Of a stretch of DNA of 64,000 nt, positions 9,972 through 20,031 are shown in pieces. Positions within the stretch are counted from its first letter, which is position 1. The number at the start of each line of letters is the position of its first letter. The notes below the pieces were generated by a model. That model searched no databases, was not told where the DNA came from, and saw only the letters and a list, made by a program, of their open reading frames with translations. The position numbers and the translations under genes are program-made. The stretch is from positions 1 through 64,000 of the forward strand of contig JBHHTW010000002.1 in assembly GCA_046861385.1 (NCBI GenBank). The letters run 5' to 3'. This DNA comes from Fidelibacterota bacterium. Lineage in GTDB: Bacteria > Fidelibacterota > Marinisomatia > Marinisomatales > TCS55.

Positions 9972-10957
9972 TTGTTTTAGGCGTTGAGACATCTTGTGAT
10001 GAAACAGCAGCGGCTATATGTTCTGATGGGTTTATTTTATCTTCAATAGTCAGTTCACAACTGATTCATTCGGAATTTGGTGGTGTCGTTCCTGAACTTG
10101 CATCTCGGGAACATGAATTATTCCTAAACTCCATTGTCCACAAAGCAATTCAAAAAGCTGGTATAAAAAAAACAGATATTGAGGGAATAGCTGTCACCAG
10201 AGGGCCGGGGCTTGCAGGAGCCCTTCTTGCCGGTGCATGTTTTTCAAAAGGATTCGCCCAAGGATTAGATACACCAATTATAGGTATTAATCATCTAGAA
10301 GCCCATATTTTCGCCAATTTTTTAGCAGATCCCAATTTAGAATTTCCGTTTGTCTGTTTATTAGTGTCAGGTGGACATACACAATTATGGTTGGTAGAGA
10401 GATTGGGTGGTTATACTCTATTAGGCTCAAGTAGAGATGATGCCGCAGGGGAGGCATTTGATAAAGGTGCCCGGATATTAGGTTTGGGGTATCCAGGTGG
10501 ACCTGAAATTGAAGAATGCGCCAAGGGAGGAAATCAAAAAGCTGTCGATTTTCCACGGGCATTTATTAATAATAAAAATATTGAATTCAGTTTTAGCGGA
10601 TTAAAAACAGCTTTGTTATACTATATGGATACCTATGAAAATAATACATTCATAACAAAAGCGGATATTTCAGCAAGTTATCAACAGGCGATTGTGGATG
10701 TGCTTGTCACTAAACTAAAACAAGCTGTGGCTGATACGGCTGTAAAAACATGTGTCATTGCCGGAGGCGTAGCAGCTAATAAATCACTCAGAAGAACCAT
10801 GAATGATTCAATGAAGGATATTCGTGTTTTGTATCCTGATTTAACATTGTGTACTGATAACGGTGCAATGGTTGCATATTTAGGTGAACTTTATTTGACT
10901 CAAGGCGTTTCCTCTGCCATGGATTTTGATATTGATCCCAATTTGAAATTGGCTTGA
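9968..10957 (+). CDS. tsaD: tRNA t6A biosynthesis protein TsaD
   Basis: GVETSCDETAAA, GGVVPELASREH, NHLEAH, VSGGHT, DDAAGEAFDK, TDNGAM. Confidence 0.97.
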   Translation: MIVLGVETSCDETAAAICSDGFILSSIVSSQLIHSEFGGVVPELASREHELFLNSIVHKAIQKAGIKKTDIEGIAVTRGPGLAGALLAGACFSKGFAQGLDTPIIGINHLEAHIFANFLADPNLEFPFVCLLVSGGHTQLWLVERLGGYTLLGSSRDDAAGEAFDKGARILGLGYPGGPEIEECAKGGNQKAVDFPRAFINNKNIEFSFSGLKTALLYYMDTYENNTFITKADISASYQQAIVDVLVTKLKQAVADTAVKTCVIAGGVAANKSLRRTMNDSMKDIRVLYPDLTLCTDNGAMVAYLGELYLTQGVSSAMDFDIDPNLKLA

Positions 10958-10960
10958 TAT

Positions 10961-13060
10961 ATGTCAATACATTTTTTAAATAATCCAGATAGGTGGTTCT
11001 GGAGCTTAATATTTACTGCTATTTTAGTAATCATCTGGATATATCTGGCTGTCAAAAAGAATCGGAATTTATCTGTCATATATTTATTTAGGATATTTGC
11101 CCTCATTATTGTTTTGTTTTTATTGTTGCAGCCAAAAATCACTTGGGAAGAAAATATCCAGCATCCAATGCATTGGAATGTTTATGTAGATAAATCTGTT
11201 AGTATGGCATATCACCAATCTTTGTCACCTAAGTTATATTTAAATGAAATTCAGAATTACATTGGATCTGTTCGTGAAATAGATCGTGATGCACAAATTT
11301 TTACATTCGATCAAACCATTCAAGATTATAATGGACAACCAATTGAAATGAATGGGGCGGTAACAGATATAAGCAATGTTTTTACACATATATCCGAAAC
11401 TCAGGAGGATCTAATCGGTGCAATCATTATTTCTGATGGACAGATAACAAAAGGAAATATTGATCAAAATCAATTAGAGAGAATCAAAACTACTATATAT
11501 ACAATAGGTGTAGGCGATACGATCCCAATGGTCGATATTGCCATTCAATCCATTTCAGCTCCAACGATTGCTATAAAAGGGGAAGAGATGGATATTGATG
11601 CAACGATTATAACCCAAGGTATCATGAATGAGCGCATTAACGTATTACTTTATAATGAATCTAAGTTAATTGGTTCTAAATATTTCCAATTATCAGGGGA
11701 CGGCTCTCTTTCGAAAGCAAGGTTCAGAGTTTCATCTGGCGCATTAGGCGTTAATAAATATCTAATAAAAGCGACTGTTTTGAAAGATGAAATAAATATT
11801 AGCAATAATCAATTACCATTTGAAGTTGTTATATTAAAAGATCGATATAATGTTGCATTAATCACCGGTGCGCCAAACTTTAATACAGGTCCAATAAAAA
11901 AATCAATAAATGCTTTTCCAAGAGCATCTTTAGATCATTATATCCAAATAGGAAATTCTTTCAATCCGTCTATATCAGAATTTTGGTCTAAACAATATGA
12001 ATTAATTATTTTAGAAAATTTTCCACTAAATCCTGTCTCGAAACGATGGCAAAAAATATTTGCTAAAAAACTGATTTCCAATAAGTCTTCTCTATTTTAT
12101 ATAGCAGGACCCAATATTACACCAAAGGCAGCTGAATCGCTTTATCCGTTTTTACATGTGAAGGCATCGAATTCAACACCCAAAGAAATTGAGAAAAGAA
12201 ATTGGTATTGGGCGGATAATATTAATGACGATATATTTGATTTCTACAGTTTTGACCCATCTAATCATGATGAATCTTCATTACCACCATTGACGCCAAA
12301 ACTCATTATTGAATCTAATGAAAATACAACGACACTGGCTTTATTTGAAAAAATCTTTACTCCCACGTTGGTAATTGGAGATAATGATGGATTAAGATCC
12401 GCTATATGGACGTCATCGGATTTTTCCAGGTTATATTATAAATTGACTGAATCAGAATCTGCAGATTATAGCATAAATTTGATGGGTAATATGTATGGCT
12501 GGCTCTTAAGAACATCCGGAGAAGATAAATTATATTTCCGACTGAATAAAAATGTATTTCAACAAGGTGAAGAAATTTATGTTTCCGGTACTCATGCGGG
12601 ATTTAATGAAGATGATATAGGTCAAACGGTTGGTTACATTAAATTGGTAAAAGATCAAAAAGTCGTCAGGTCTTATGAATTAAATTATAATCCGTCAGAT
12701 AAATTATGGGAAAAAAGATTTATAGCAGGAAAAGCCGGTGACTACTCATACACTATTCAGATGGATATCCTCGAAAACTCTTTCCAGCAAAAGGGTCATT
12801 TTGTCATAGATGAAAGTCAAATTGAATTGAATAATGTTTCAGTAAATAGTTTATATCTAACTTCCATAAGTTATCAAACAAATGGAAAATATATGCCCTG
12901 GGAATCCCGGGCAGAAATATTAAAGGATATTACGGATAATGTTAAAAATGAAATGGTGTTAGAGACCGCTACGTTTCATGAAAACTATATAACGATAATG
13001 ATAATAATTATTTTATTATCCATTGAATGGTATATACGGAGATTTATTGGATTAACCTGA
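10961..13060 (+). CDS. Membrane-anchored VWA-domain protein
   Basis: Two N-terminal TMs, MIDAS-like DKSVSM, ISDGQ, YTIGVG, C-terminal TM ending EW.IRR..GL. Confidence 0.65.
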   Translation: MSIHFLNNPDRWFWSLIFTAILVIIWIYLAVKKNRNLSVIYLFRIFALIIVLFLLLQPKITWEENIQHPMHWNVYVDKSVSMAYHQSLSPKLYLNEIQNYIGSVREIDRDAQIFTFDQTIQDYNGQPIEMNGAVTDISNVFTHISETQEDLIGAIIISDGQITKGNIDQNQLERIKTTIYTIGVGDTIPMVDIAIQSISAPTIAIKGEEMDIDATIITQGIMNERINVLLYNESKLIGSKYFQLSGDGSLSKARFRVSSGALGVNKYLIKATVLKDEINISNNQLPFEVVILKDRYNVALITGAPNFNTGPIKKSINAFPRASLDHYIQIGNSFNPSISEFWSKQYELIILENFPLNPVSKRWQKIFAKKLISNKSSLFYIAGPNITPKAAESLYPFLHVKASNSTPKEIEKRNWYWADNINDDIFDFYSFDPSNHDESSLPPLTPKLIIESNENTTTLALFEKIFTPTLVIGDNDGLRSAIWTSSDFSRLYYKLTESESADYSINLMGNMYGWLLRTSGEDKLYFRLNKNVFQQGEEIYVSGTHAGFNEDDIGQTVGYIKLVKDQKVVRSYELNYNPSDKLWEKRFIAGKAGDYSYTIQMDILENSFQQKGHFVIDESQIELNNVSVNSLYLTSISYQTNGKYMPWESRAEILKDITDNVKNEMVLETATFHENYITIMIIIILLSIEWYIRRFIGLT

Positions 13061-13119
13061 TATTATATTTTTCTTTCCGTCAGTAAATACGTAGTTTAGT
13101 TAGTTAAAAGAAAGCAATA

Positions 13120-14433
13120 ATGAAGAAAATAGCAGTAATAGGAACCGGTTATGTCGGTCTGGTTAGTGGAGCCGGATTATCTGATTTTGGTAATTCTGTC
13201 GTTTGTGCGGATATCAATATTGATAAAATAAATCAACTGAATAATGGAGATATACCAATTTATGAACCCGGGCTCAAAGAAATCGTTCAAAGAAATGTAG
13301 TATCCGGTCGATTATCTTTTTCGAGTAACATTAATAAATCGATCGACGATTCTGATGTAATCTTTATTGCAGTAGGTACACCCGAAGGTGAAAATGGATC
13401 ATCAAATCTGGATTCAATTTATAATGTAGCCCGGGCGATTGGACAGAACTTAAATGAATATAAAGTAATCTGTACTAAAAGCACTGTTCCCATTGGAACT
13501 GGACAAATAATTATGGCAGAAATTGAGAAATATTCAAAATCCAAAATAGATTTTGATTATATTTCAAATCCTGAATTCTTACGGGAGGGATCTGCTGTAA
13601 AAGACTTTCTTTGGCCGGACAGGGTAATTATCGGTGCTTCAAATCAAAAAGCCATCAAAATAATGAAAGAAGTATACAGACCTTTATACATTAACGAGAC
13701 TCCCATCATTGAGACAACTATTCAAACAGCGGAACTGATCAAATATGCCAGTAATGCATTTTTAGCTGTAAAAATTAGTTACATTAACGAGATAGCAAAC
13801 ATATGTGATGAAATTGGAGCAGATGTTCATGTCGTTTCAAAAGCCATGGGGATTGATGGCAGAATTAGTCCGAAATTTTTCCATCCAGGTCCGGGTTATG
13901 GTGGATCATGCTTCCCTAAGGATACAAAAGCATTACGTTCTACTGCTGAAGAATTAGGAGTGCCGTTAAAAGTTGTTAATGGAGCCATTGAAGCAAACCA
14001 AACTCAAAAGAACCGAATGGTTAAAAAATTAATGGACCTAATGGATAAAAATATAGCGGGAAAAAAAATAACACTTCTAGGTTTGGCCTTTAAAGCTCAA
14101 ACGGATGATATCAGAGAATCGCCATCGATTGAAATGATTGAGGCATTATTAAAAAACGGTGCCATTGTGAATGCGTATGATCCGGAATCAAATGAAAATA
14201 TGAAAAAACGATTCAGCAATTTAAATACATTTGATTCATGGGAGGATGCGGTTAAAGATGCGGATTGTGTAGCAATTATGACTGAATGGAATGAATTCAG
14301 AGGACTTGACTTAGAAAGATTGAGTACGCTGGTGAAGTCGCCTGTAATACTTGATTGCAGAAATATTCTGAGTGTTAAAGATTTAAAATTTCATGGTTTT
14401 AAATACGATAATGTGGGTCGAAAAGTAAAATGA
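13120..14433 (+). CDS. ugd: UDP-glucose/GDP-mannose dehydrogenase
   Basis: GTGYVG, KSTVPIGT, SNPEFLREG, GYGGSCFPKD. Confidence 0.93.
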   Translation: MKKIAVIGTGYVGLVSGAGLSDFGNSVVCADINIDKINQLNNGDIPIYEPGLKEIVQRNVVSGRLSFSSNINKSIDDSDVIFIAVGTPEGENGSSNLDSIYNVARAIGQNLNEYKVICTKSTVPIGTGQIIMAEIEKYSKSKIDFDYISNPEFLREGSAVKDFLWPDRVIIGASNQKAIKIMKEVYRPLYINETPIIETTIQTAELIKYASNAFLAVKISYINEIANICDEIGADVHVVSKAMGIDGRISPKFFHPGPGYGGSCFPKDTKALRSTAEELGVPLKVVNGAIEANQTQKNRMVKKLMDLMDKNIAGKKITLLGLAFKAQTDDIRESPSIEMIEALLKNGAIVNAYDPESNENMKKRFSNLNTFDSWEDAVKDADCVAIMTEWNEFRGLDLERLSTLVKSPVILDCRNILSVKDLKFHGFKYDNVGRKVK

Positions 14434-14987
14434 AAATTACCAAAACAGAATTCCCCGGGTTATTGATAGTAGAACCTCATGTGTATGGAGATGAAAGAGG
14501 GTATTTTTTCGAAAGTTTCAGATCTGAAACATTTCATCACGCCGGGATAAACCTAAATTTTATTCAGGATAACCAATCAAAATCAAAACGGGGCGTATTA
14601 AGAGGTTTGCATTATCAGTTAAAATTCGGTCAGGGGAAATTAGTCAGATGCACTCTTGGAGAAGTTTTCGATGTTGCGGTGGATATTCGAAAGGGCTCTC
14701 CCACATTTGGAAAATCATTTTCCATGATGTTAAATGATCAAGATCATTTTGAAATATATATTCCTCCAGGATTTGCACATGGATTTTGTGTGGTTTCCGA
14801 TGAAGCAATTTTCCAGTATAAATGTACGGAAATCTACCATCCTGAAGATGAATACGGCATTCGATGGAATGATAAATCATTTGAAATAAAATGGCCGATA
14901 CTATCACCCACATTATCAAAAAGAGACAAGCTGTTTCCACTCTTATCTGACCAAAATGAATCCCTATTGCCGGATTTTACTCTCTAA
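14430..14987 (+). CDS. rfbC: dTDP-4-dehydrorhamnose 3,5-epimerase
   Basis: DERGYF.E, QDNQS.S..GVLRGLHYQ, GFAHGF. Confidence 0.96.
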   Translation: MKITKTEFPGLLIVEPHVYGDERGYFFESFRSETFHHAGINLNFIQDNQSKSKRGVLRGLHYQLKFGQGKLVRCTLGEVFDVAVDIRKGSPTFGKSFSMMLNDQDHFEIYIPPGFAHGFCVVSDEAIFQYKCTEIYHPEDEYGIRWNDKSFEIKWPILSPTLSKRDKLFPLLSDQNESLLPDFTL

Positions 14988-14989
14988 CC

Positions 14990-16054
14990 ATGAATAGAAC
15001 ATTTTTCATTACAGGCGGTTGTGGATTTATTGGGACAAATTTTATCCACTTTCTTCTTAATAAAAATAAAAGCAATAAGGTTATTAATCTGGATAAACTG
15101 ACCTATGCCGGAAATCTGAATAATCTTGCCGATGTGGAAGATGATGATAGATATTCATTCATTCACGGAGACATTTGTGACCAAAAAACTGTACAGGAAA
15201 TTTTCAATAATTTTAAACCCAATGTGGTTGTGAATTTTGCTGCGGAGAGCCATGTAGACAGATCTATTGACGGACCGGCAGAATTTATACAAACCAATAT
15301 TGTTGGAACGTCTGTATTGCTCCAGGAAGCATTAAATTATTATAAAACATTGGAAAGTGATTCCAGGTCCTCTTTTCGATTTCACCATGTTTCCACGGAT
15401 GAAGTATTTGGCAGCTTGGGTGAAAGTGGTTTGTTCACAGAAGAAACACCCTATGATCCCAGCTCACCTTATTCAGCTTCGAAAGCATCATCGGATCATT
15501 TGGTCAGAGCATGGCACCGCACATTTGGTTTACCGGTCATTGTTTCAAATTGTTCAAATAATTACGGACCTTTTCAATTCCCGGAAAAATTAATTCCGTT
15601 GATGATATTAAACTGTTTGGCGAACAAACCGTTACCGGTCTATGGATCAGGAGAGAATGTTCGCGATTGGTTATTTGTCACAGATCATTGTGATGCAATT
15701 TATACAATTATTAAACAGGGAAATATAGGAGAAACATATAACGTGGGTGGCCATAATGAAATTCAGAATATCGAAATTGTCAAAACTATTTGCACTATCC
15801 TGGATGAAATATCAACCTTAAATAATAGAAAATCCTTTAAAGAATTAATACAATTCGTAACGGATCGACCTGGGCATGATTTTCGATATGCTATCGATTC
15901 ATCCAAATTGAAAAATGAACTCAACTGGGTACCAAAAGAAACATTTGAAACCGGAATCAGAAAAACTGTGAATTGGTACTTAGAAAATCAAGAATGGTGG
16001 AAAGGAATTCAACAAAATAATTATAGGCAAGAGCGCCTAGGAGTTAAAGCATGA
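14990..16054 (+). CDS. rfbB: dTDP-glucose 4,6-dehydratase
   Basis: TGGCGFIG, AAESHVDRSI, STDEV, YSASK, RPGHDFRYA. Confidence 0.97.
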   Translation: MNRTFFITGGCGFIGTNFIHFLLNKNKSNKVINLDKLTYAGNLNNLADVEDDDRYSFIHGDICDQKTVQEIFNNFKPNVVVNFAAESHVDRSIDGPAEFIQTNIVGTSVLLQEALNYYKTLESDSRSSFRFHHVSTDEVFGSLGESGLFTEETPYDPSSPYSASKASSDHLVRAWHRTFGLPVIVSNCSNNYGPFQFPEKLIPLMILNCLANKPLPVYGSGENVRDWLFVTDHCDAIYTIIKQGNIGETYNVGGHNEIQNIEIVKTICTILDEISTLNNRKSFKELIQFVTDRPGHDFRYAIDSSKLKNELNWVPKETFETGIRKTVNWYLENQEWWKGIQQNNYRQERLGVKA

Positions 16055-17091
16055 TGAAAATAAAAATCATAATATGTATACAATTAACTTGTGTATTAAT
16101 GATAAGTAAATCAAATGCACAATCGTCCAACCAATTGGATTTATCTTCTCAAATGGATGCGAGCCAACAACCTATACTTTACCGTGAATACGGAGTAAAA
16201 CCTTTACCCTTAGAATATGCAATTGACCCAGAAAAGTATTTGCTTGGCCCCGGGGATCGATTGAGGATCAATATTTCTCTCGGAATTTATGAGGAATTAA
16301 TATCCAAAGAATGGTCTGTCGAAAATGTAGATAATTTTGTCACGATTGGGCCATCAGGGAAATTAATTGTTCCAAAGCTTGGACCTATCAACGTATTAGG
16401 TAAAACGCTGGCAGAAATTGAGAGAGAAATAAATGAAAAAATTAGACTGGTTTATCAATCTGCAAATATATCAATCAACCTGATACGATTCCGACAATTT
16501 AAAGTGCTTGTTTATGGGGCAGTAAACAAACCAAAATTTGTAAAAATGGCACCAGTGAGCCGCCTCCAGCAAGCAATTCAAGATGCTGGAGGTGTACAAA
16601 AATTTGCTCATCCTGAACGAGTGGTTCTCATCAGATCTGGTGAGAAAAGAGATATATATTTAAAAGAATTTTTGCTGAAAGGTGACTTGGATAATAATCC
16701 ATTGCTAAAAGATGGTGACCAAATCTATGTTCCTTTCATTGATGTTTCAGATGAACATCAGATGGATTATACGGAATATGACATTGCCAACAAGGTACAG
16801 GTCACCGGTTTCGTTTACAGACCAAAAGCCCATTATTATCGACCAGGATATAATGCTAGAGATTACATAGCATTGAGTGGTGGCTCATTGGATATCGGAT
16901 CAGCAAAAAGAACAATAATTACCAGAAAAGATGGGTCCAGGGAACACTTCGCTTCCAGAAAAAATGTTAACCCAGGTGATATTATTGAAGTTCCAGAAAC
17001 ATATAACAGTATTTTATTCGGGAATACTGGCTTAATACAAGCTGTAACATCAGTTGCCACTCTAATCCTCGCCTATCAAGCTACTCAATGA
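16051..17091 (+). CDS. Polysaccharide export protein (Wza/KpsD-like, Poly_export plus SLBB domains)
   Basis: Signal peptide, Y.LGPGD.L.I, G.L..P.LG.I.V.G.T, SLBB repeats (GAV.KP...AGG; NP.LKDGD.I.VP). Confidence 0.85.
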   Translation: MMKIKIIICIQLTCVLMISKSNAQSSNQLDLSSQMDASQQPILYREYGVKPLPLEYAIDPEKYLLGPGDRLRINISLGIYEELISKEWSVENVDNFVTIGPSGKLIVPKLGPINVLGKTLAEIEREINEKIRLVYQSANISINLIRFRQFKVLVYGAVNKPKFVKMAPVSRLQQAIQDAGGVQKFAHPERVVLIRSGEKRDIYLKEFLLKGDLDNNPLLKDGDQIYVPFIDVSDEHQMDYTEYDIANKVQVTGFVYRPKAHYYRPGYNARDYIALSGGSLDIGSAKRTIITRKDGSREHFASRKNVNPGDIIEVPETYNSILFGNTGLIQAVTSVATLILAYQATQ

Positions 17092-18626
17092 TGAATATAA
17101 CCCTCTCCCCCCACGAACAAAAAATACTATCAATCGTTAAGAAACATCCAGAAATTATTTCTGATCCGGCTGAAAGAAAAAGAATTGCCAAATTAAACAA
17201 TATGGCAGAAAAAACACTTCGTAATCGCATTGCCGATTTAAAAAGATATGGTCTTATTGGTGATGAAACTCATACACAAGAAGTAATTGAATCAAAAAAT
17301 AAAGTTCTTTATAATAATTTTTTATTGTTTTGGTCAAAGAGGAAATTTATCGTCAAGAATGCTATCATAGTCTTCTGGGTTTCAATCATTGTGTCTCTTT
17401 TATTACCCAAGTGGTACGAATCTAAAGCTGTTATTTTGTCATCGGGTGCAGGGAAATTCAATTTTCTTTCATCTATTTCTCCAATACCTATTTCTGATTT
17501 TGGATTATCAACTATAAATGAGGATATTAATAATTTTATTACTATTCTGCAGAGCCGAAGAGTTAAAGAATATATGGTAAATAAATTCAATCTTGTCGAT
17601 CGATACGATCAACCGGACATTGAATATGCTATGGAAGCTTTCACTGATAAAATGATATTGGAGGTTACAGAAGAAGGTACCCTGGTATTGTCCATTATTG
17701 ACAAGGATCCTGAAATGGCTAAACAGATGGTTGATGAAGCTTTATTTATGTTAGATGAGACTAATCAACAGATTAGAATGGAAGCAGGAAAATACAATCG
17801 CGAATTTTTAGAAAAGAGGCTAAATCAGAACAAATTAGATTTAGAAAAAGCTGAATTGGAATTAAAAGCATTCCAGGAAAAAACGGGTATTATTGATCTA
17901 TTATCTCAATTTACCAGTACCATGGAGTTGAAAATTCAAGCACAACAACAACAATATCAGTCCTACAGTCAAATACAACAACAAGAATTACAATTATACA
18001 CTCAAGCGCAACAACAACAGTACCAATCATACAATTCTATTTTTGAATCCTACGCTACCCTTTATGCTAACAGAATTGAAACAGAGGTGCAGTTAACTGT
18101 TGCACAAATATCTTTGACCGAAAACAATCCAAAATTGTTGCAATTAAAGCAAATGTTAGACGAGCAAACCAATCAACTGGATTTGCTTGTAAAACAACTG
18201 GATAAAAAGTTGCAAGAATTATTCACAAATGTATCGTTAGGCAACCCGGATGGAAAATTGCAACAATTATTATCGAATATATCCATGAGTCAATTGGATT
18301 CGTTAACTAATTTTGAGTTTGTTGTCACCATGGAAGAATTACCATCGCTCGGACTGGTAAATGTAAGGTTGCTCAGGGAAGTAGAAATCCAAAACAGGAT
18401 TCAGGAAGTACTTATTCCTCAATATGAACAAGCAAAATTAGAAGAATCAAAAAATATCCCCACATTGCAAGTGATTGATAAACCAAAAGTGGCTCTAAAC
18501 AAAACTAAACCAAAGAGAGCTTTAATTGTAATTGGAGCTACATTGATGAGTTTAATTTTGTCACTTACATTTGTTTATTCTGAACAAAATATTCGTGATT
18601 TATATGCACTGATTAAACAATCATAA
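17088..18626 (+). CDS. Polysaccharide co-polymerase (Wzz/GumC-like) with N-terminal winged-HTH domain
   Basis: TM1 plus LLP.WY.S.A.I, long coiled coil, Q.ID.P....K.KPKR plus TM2; no C-terminal kinase; first ~58 aa HTH-like. Confidence 0.82.
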   Translation: MMNITLSPHEQKILSIVKKHPEIISDPAERKRIAKLNNMAEKTLRNRIADLKRYGLIGDETHTQEVIESKNKVLYNNFLLFWSKRKFIVKNAIIVFWVSIIVSLLLPKWYESKAVILSSGAGKFNFLSSISPIPISDFGLSTINEDINNFITILQSRRVKEYMVNKFNLVDRYDQPDIEYAMEAFTDKMILEVTEEGTLVLSIIDKDPEMAKQMVDEALFMLDETNQQIRMEAGKYNREFLEKRLNQNKLDLEKAELELKAFQEKTGIIDLLSQFTSTMELKIQAQQQQYQSYSQIQQQELQLYTQAQQQQYQSYNSIFESYATLYANRIETEVQLTVAQISLTENNPKLLQLKQMLDEQTNQLDLLVKQLDKKLQELFTNVSLGNPDGKLQQLLSNISMSQLDSLTNFEFVVTMEELPSLGLVNVRLLREVEIQNRIQEVLIPQYEQAKLEESKNIPTLQVIDKPKVALNKTKPKRALIVIGATLMSLILSLTFVYSEQNIRDLYALIKQS

Positions 18627-20008
18627 TGTCAATGGTTTCCTGGATATTTCTTGGAGCTATTGAGCTAATTATTTTTATAATTGGTATTAATATCCACCCC
18701 TTCCTTATGGTTTTAATACCCATAAGTTTACTGATATTATGGTGGCTCATTAATCATCCCGCAGTGACACTTATGTTTATGAGTCTTACGGCAATTGTCA
18801 AAGGATATTTGGTTAGTTATATTTCCATTTTTCAGGTTTTAGATGTAACTGTAATTATTACCATTATCATTTGGTTGGGATTAATAAAAATAGTTCTTAA
18901 TGATGAATGGAAACTTTCAAAAGATCTGAAGGCGCCTGTTTATTTATTTTTACTATTTGGTATATTATTATGTCTTTCATTTATTTATACTCCATCTCCA
19001 GGTTATGGCTTAAGAAAAATTTTGCGTTTTAACACATTCGGACTCACGATGTTTATAACACCATTAATTGTGGTTAAAACATCAGAAGATTCCAAGCGGT
19101 TACTGACCTATTTTAAATACTTAATTATTATTATTATAGGAATAGTGCTTTTTCAATTTGTTTATTTTTTAAATAAGGGGAGCTATGCCATTGTGCTGGC
19201 CTATTGGAATCGAATTTCAATCCCGGGGGCGAATCCAATCCAAGTTAGTCGTTATTTGGCTATAGGCGCAGCCATGGTGATAACACTTTTGATACGAAAT
19301 AAACCAACTGAGAGTATGCACTATTTTGTAATATTATTTACTATTTTGTTAAGTATTATTTTATCTGGTTCCAGAGGTCCTTTACTTAGTGTTATCATCG
19401 GAATAATATTTTATGCATTTATGTATGAAAGAAAAAATATAAAAAGAATATACAGTTATGGAATATTGGCGATTGGTCTTGTGATAATTATATTGGTAAT
19501 ACTTCCTGAAAATTTAACACAGCGATTTATTAATTTAACAGAAGGTTCAATTATTCTGACGCAACAAGGGGTTAAACAGATTAGTACAATTGCCACTAGA
19601 TTAGAATTTTGGTCCATGTCCCTGAAAGCGTGGTTTTCGTCAATTCCAAATTTTTTCTTTGGATTGGGGGTTGGTGGCTTCAGTTCTTTATTTATTTGGC
19701 GGGATTGGCGCTGGTATCCCCATAATCTGTTTTTCGAGATAATAGCAGAGATTGGATTAATTGGTTTATTAATAATGTTAGCATTTTTAAGAAAATTTTT
19801 CAAAGCGATAAACCTTGGATTTAGTGGAGGTTCTTTTACAGAGCATTCTGCTTTATGGGTTGCTGGAACTTTTGTCATTTTTTTTGCAGCACAATTTTCT
19901 GGTGATTTTAATGATAACCGAATTTTATGGATGCTGATTGGAATTACAATGGCATCAACCTATGCTGATAAAGCTGACGAAATAAAAAATCAACTTAATA
20001 GTATTTAA
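18626..20008 (+). CDS. O-antigen ligase/polymerase family protein (Wzy_C)
   Basis: Multi-TM, SGSRGP, R...W, G.G.GGF, YPHN.F.E...E.G.IG. Confidence 0.85.
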   Translation: MSMVSWIFLGAIELIIFIIGINIHPFLMVLIPISLLILWWLINHPAVTLMFMSLTAIVKGYLVSYISIFQVLDVTVIITIIIWLGLIKIVLNDEWKLSKDLKAPVYLFLLFGILLCLSFIYTPSPGYGLRKILRFNTFGLTMFITPLIVVKTSEDSKRLLTYFKYLIIIIIGIVLFQFVYFLNKGSYAIVLAYWNRISIPGANPIQVSRYLAIGAAMVITLLIRNKPTESMHYFVILFTILLSIILSGSRGPLLSVIIGIIFYAFMYERKNIKRIYSYGILAIGLVIIILVILPENLTQRFINLTEGSIILTQQGVKQISTIATRLEFWSMSLKAWFSSIPNFFFGLGVGGFSSLFIWRDWRWYPHNLFFEIIAEIGLIGLLIMLAFLRKFFKAINLGFSGGSFTEHSALWVAGTFVIFFAAQFSGDFNDNRILWMLIGITMASTYADKADEIKNQLNSI

Positions 20009-20031
20009 AACATAATTATCGAATCATTCTA

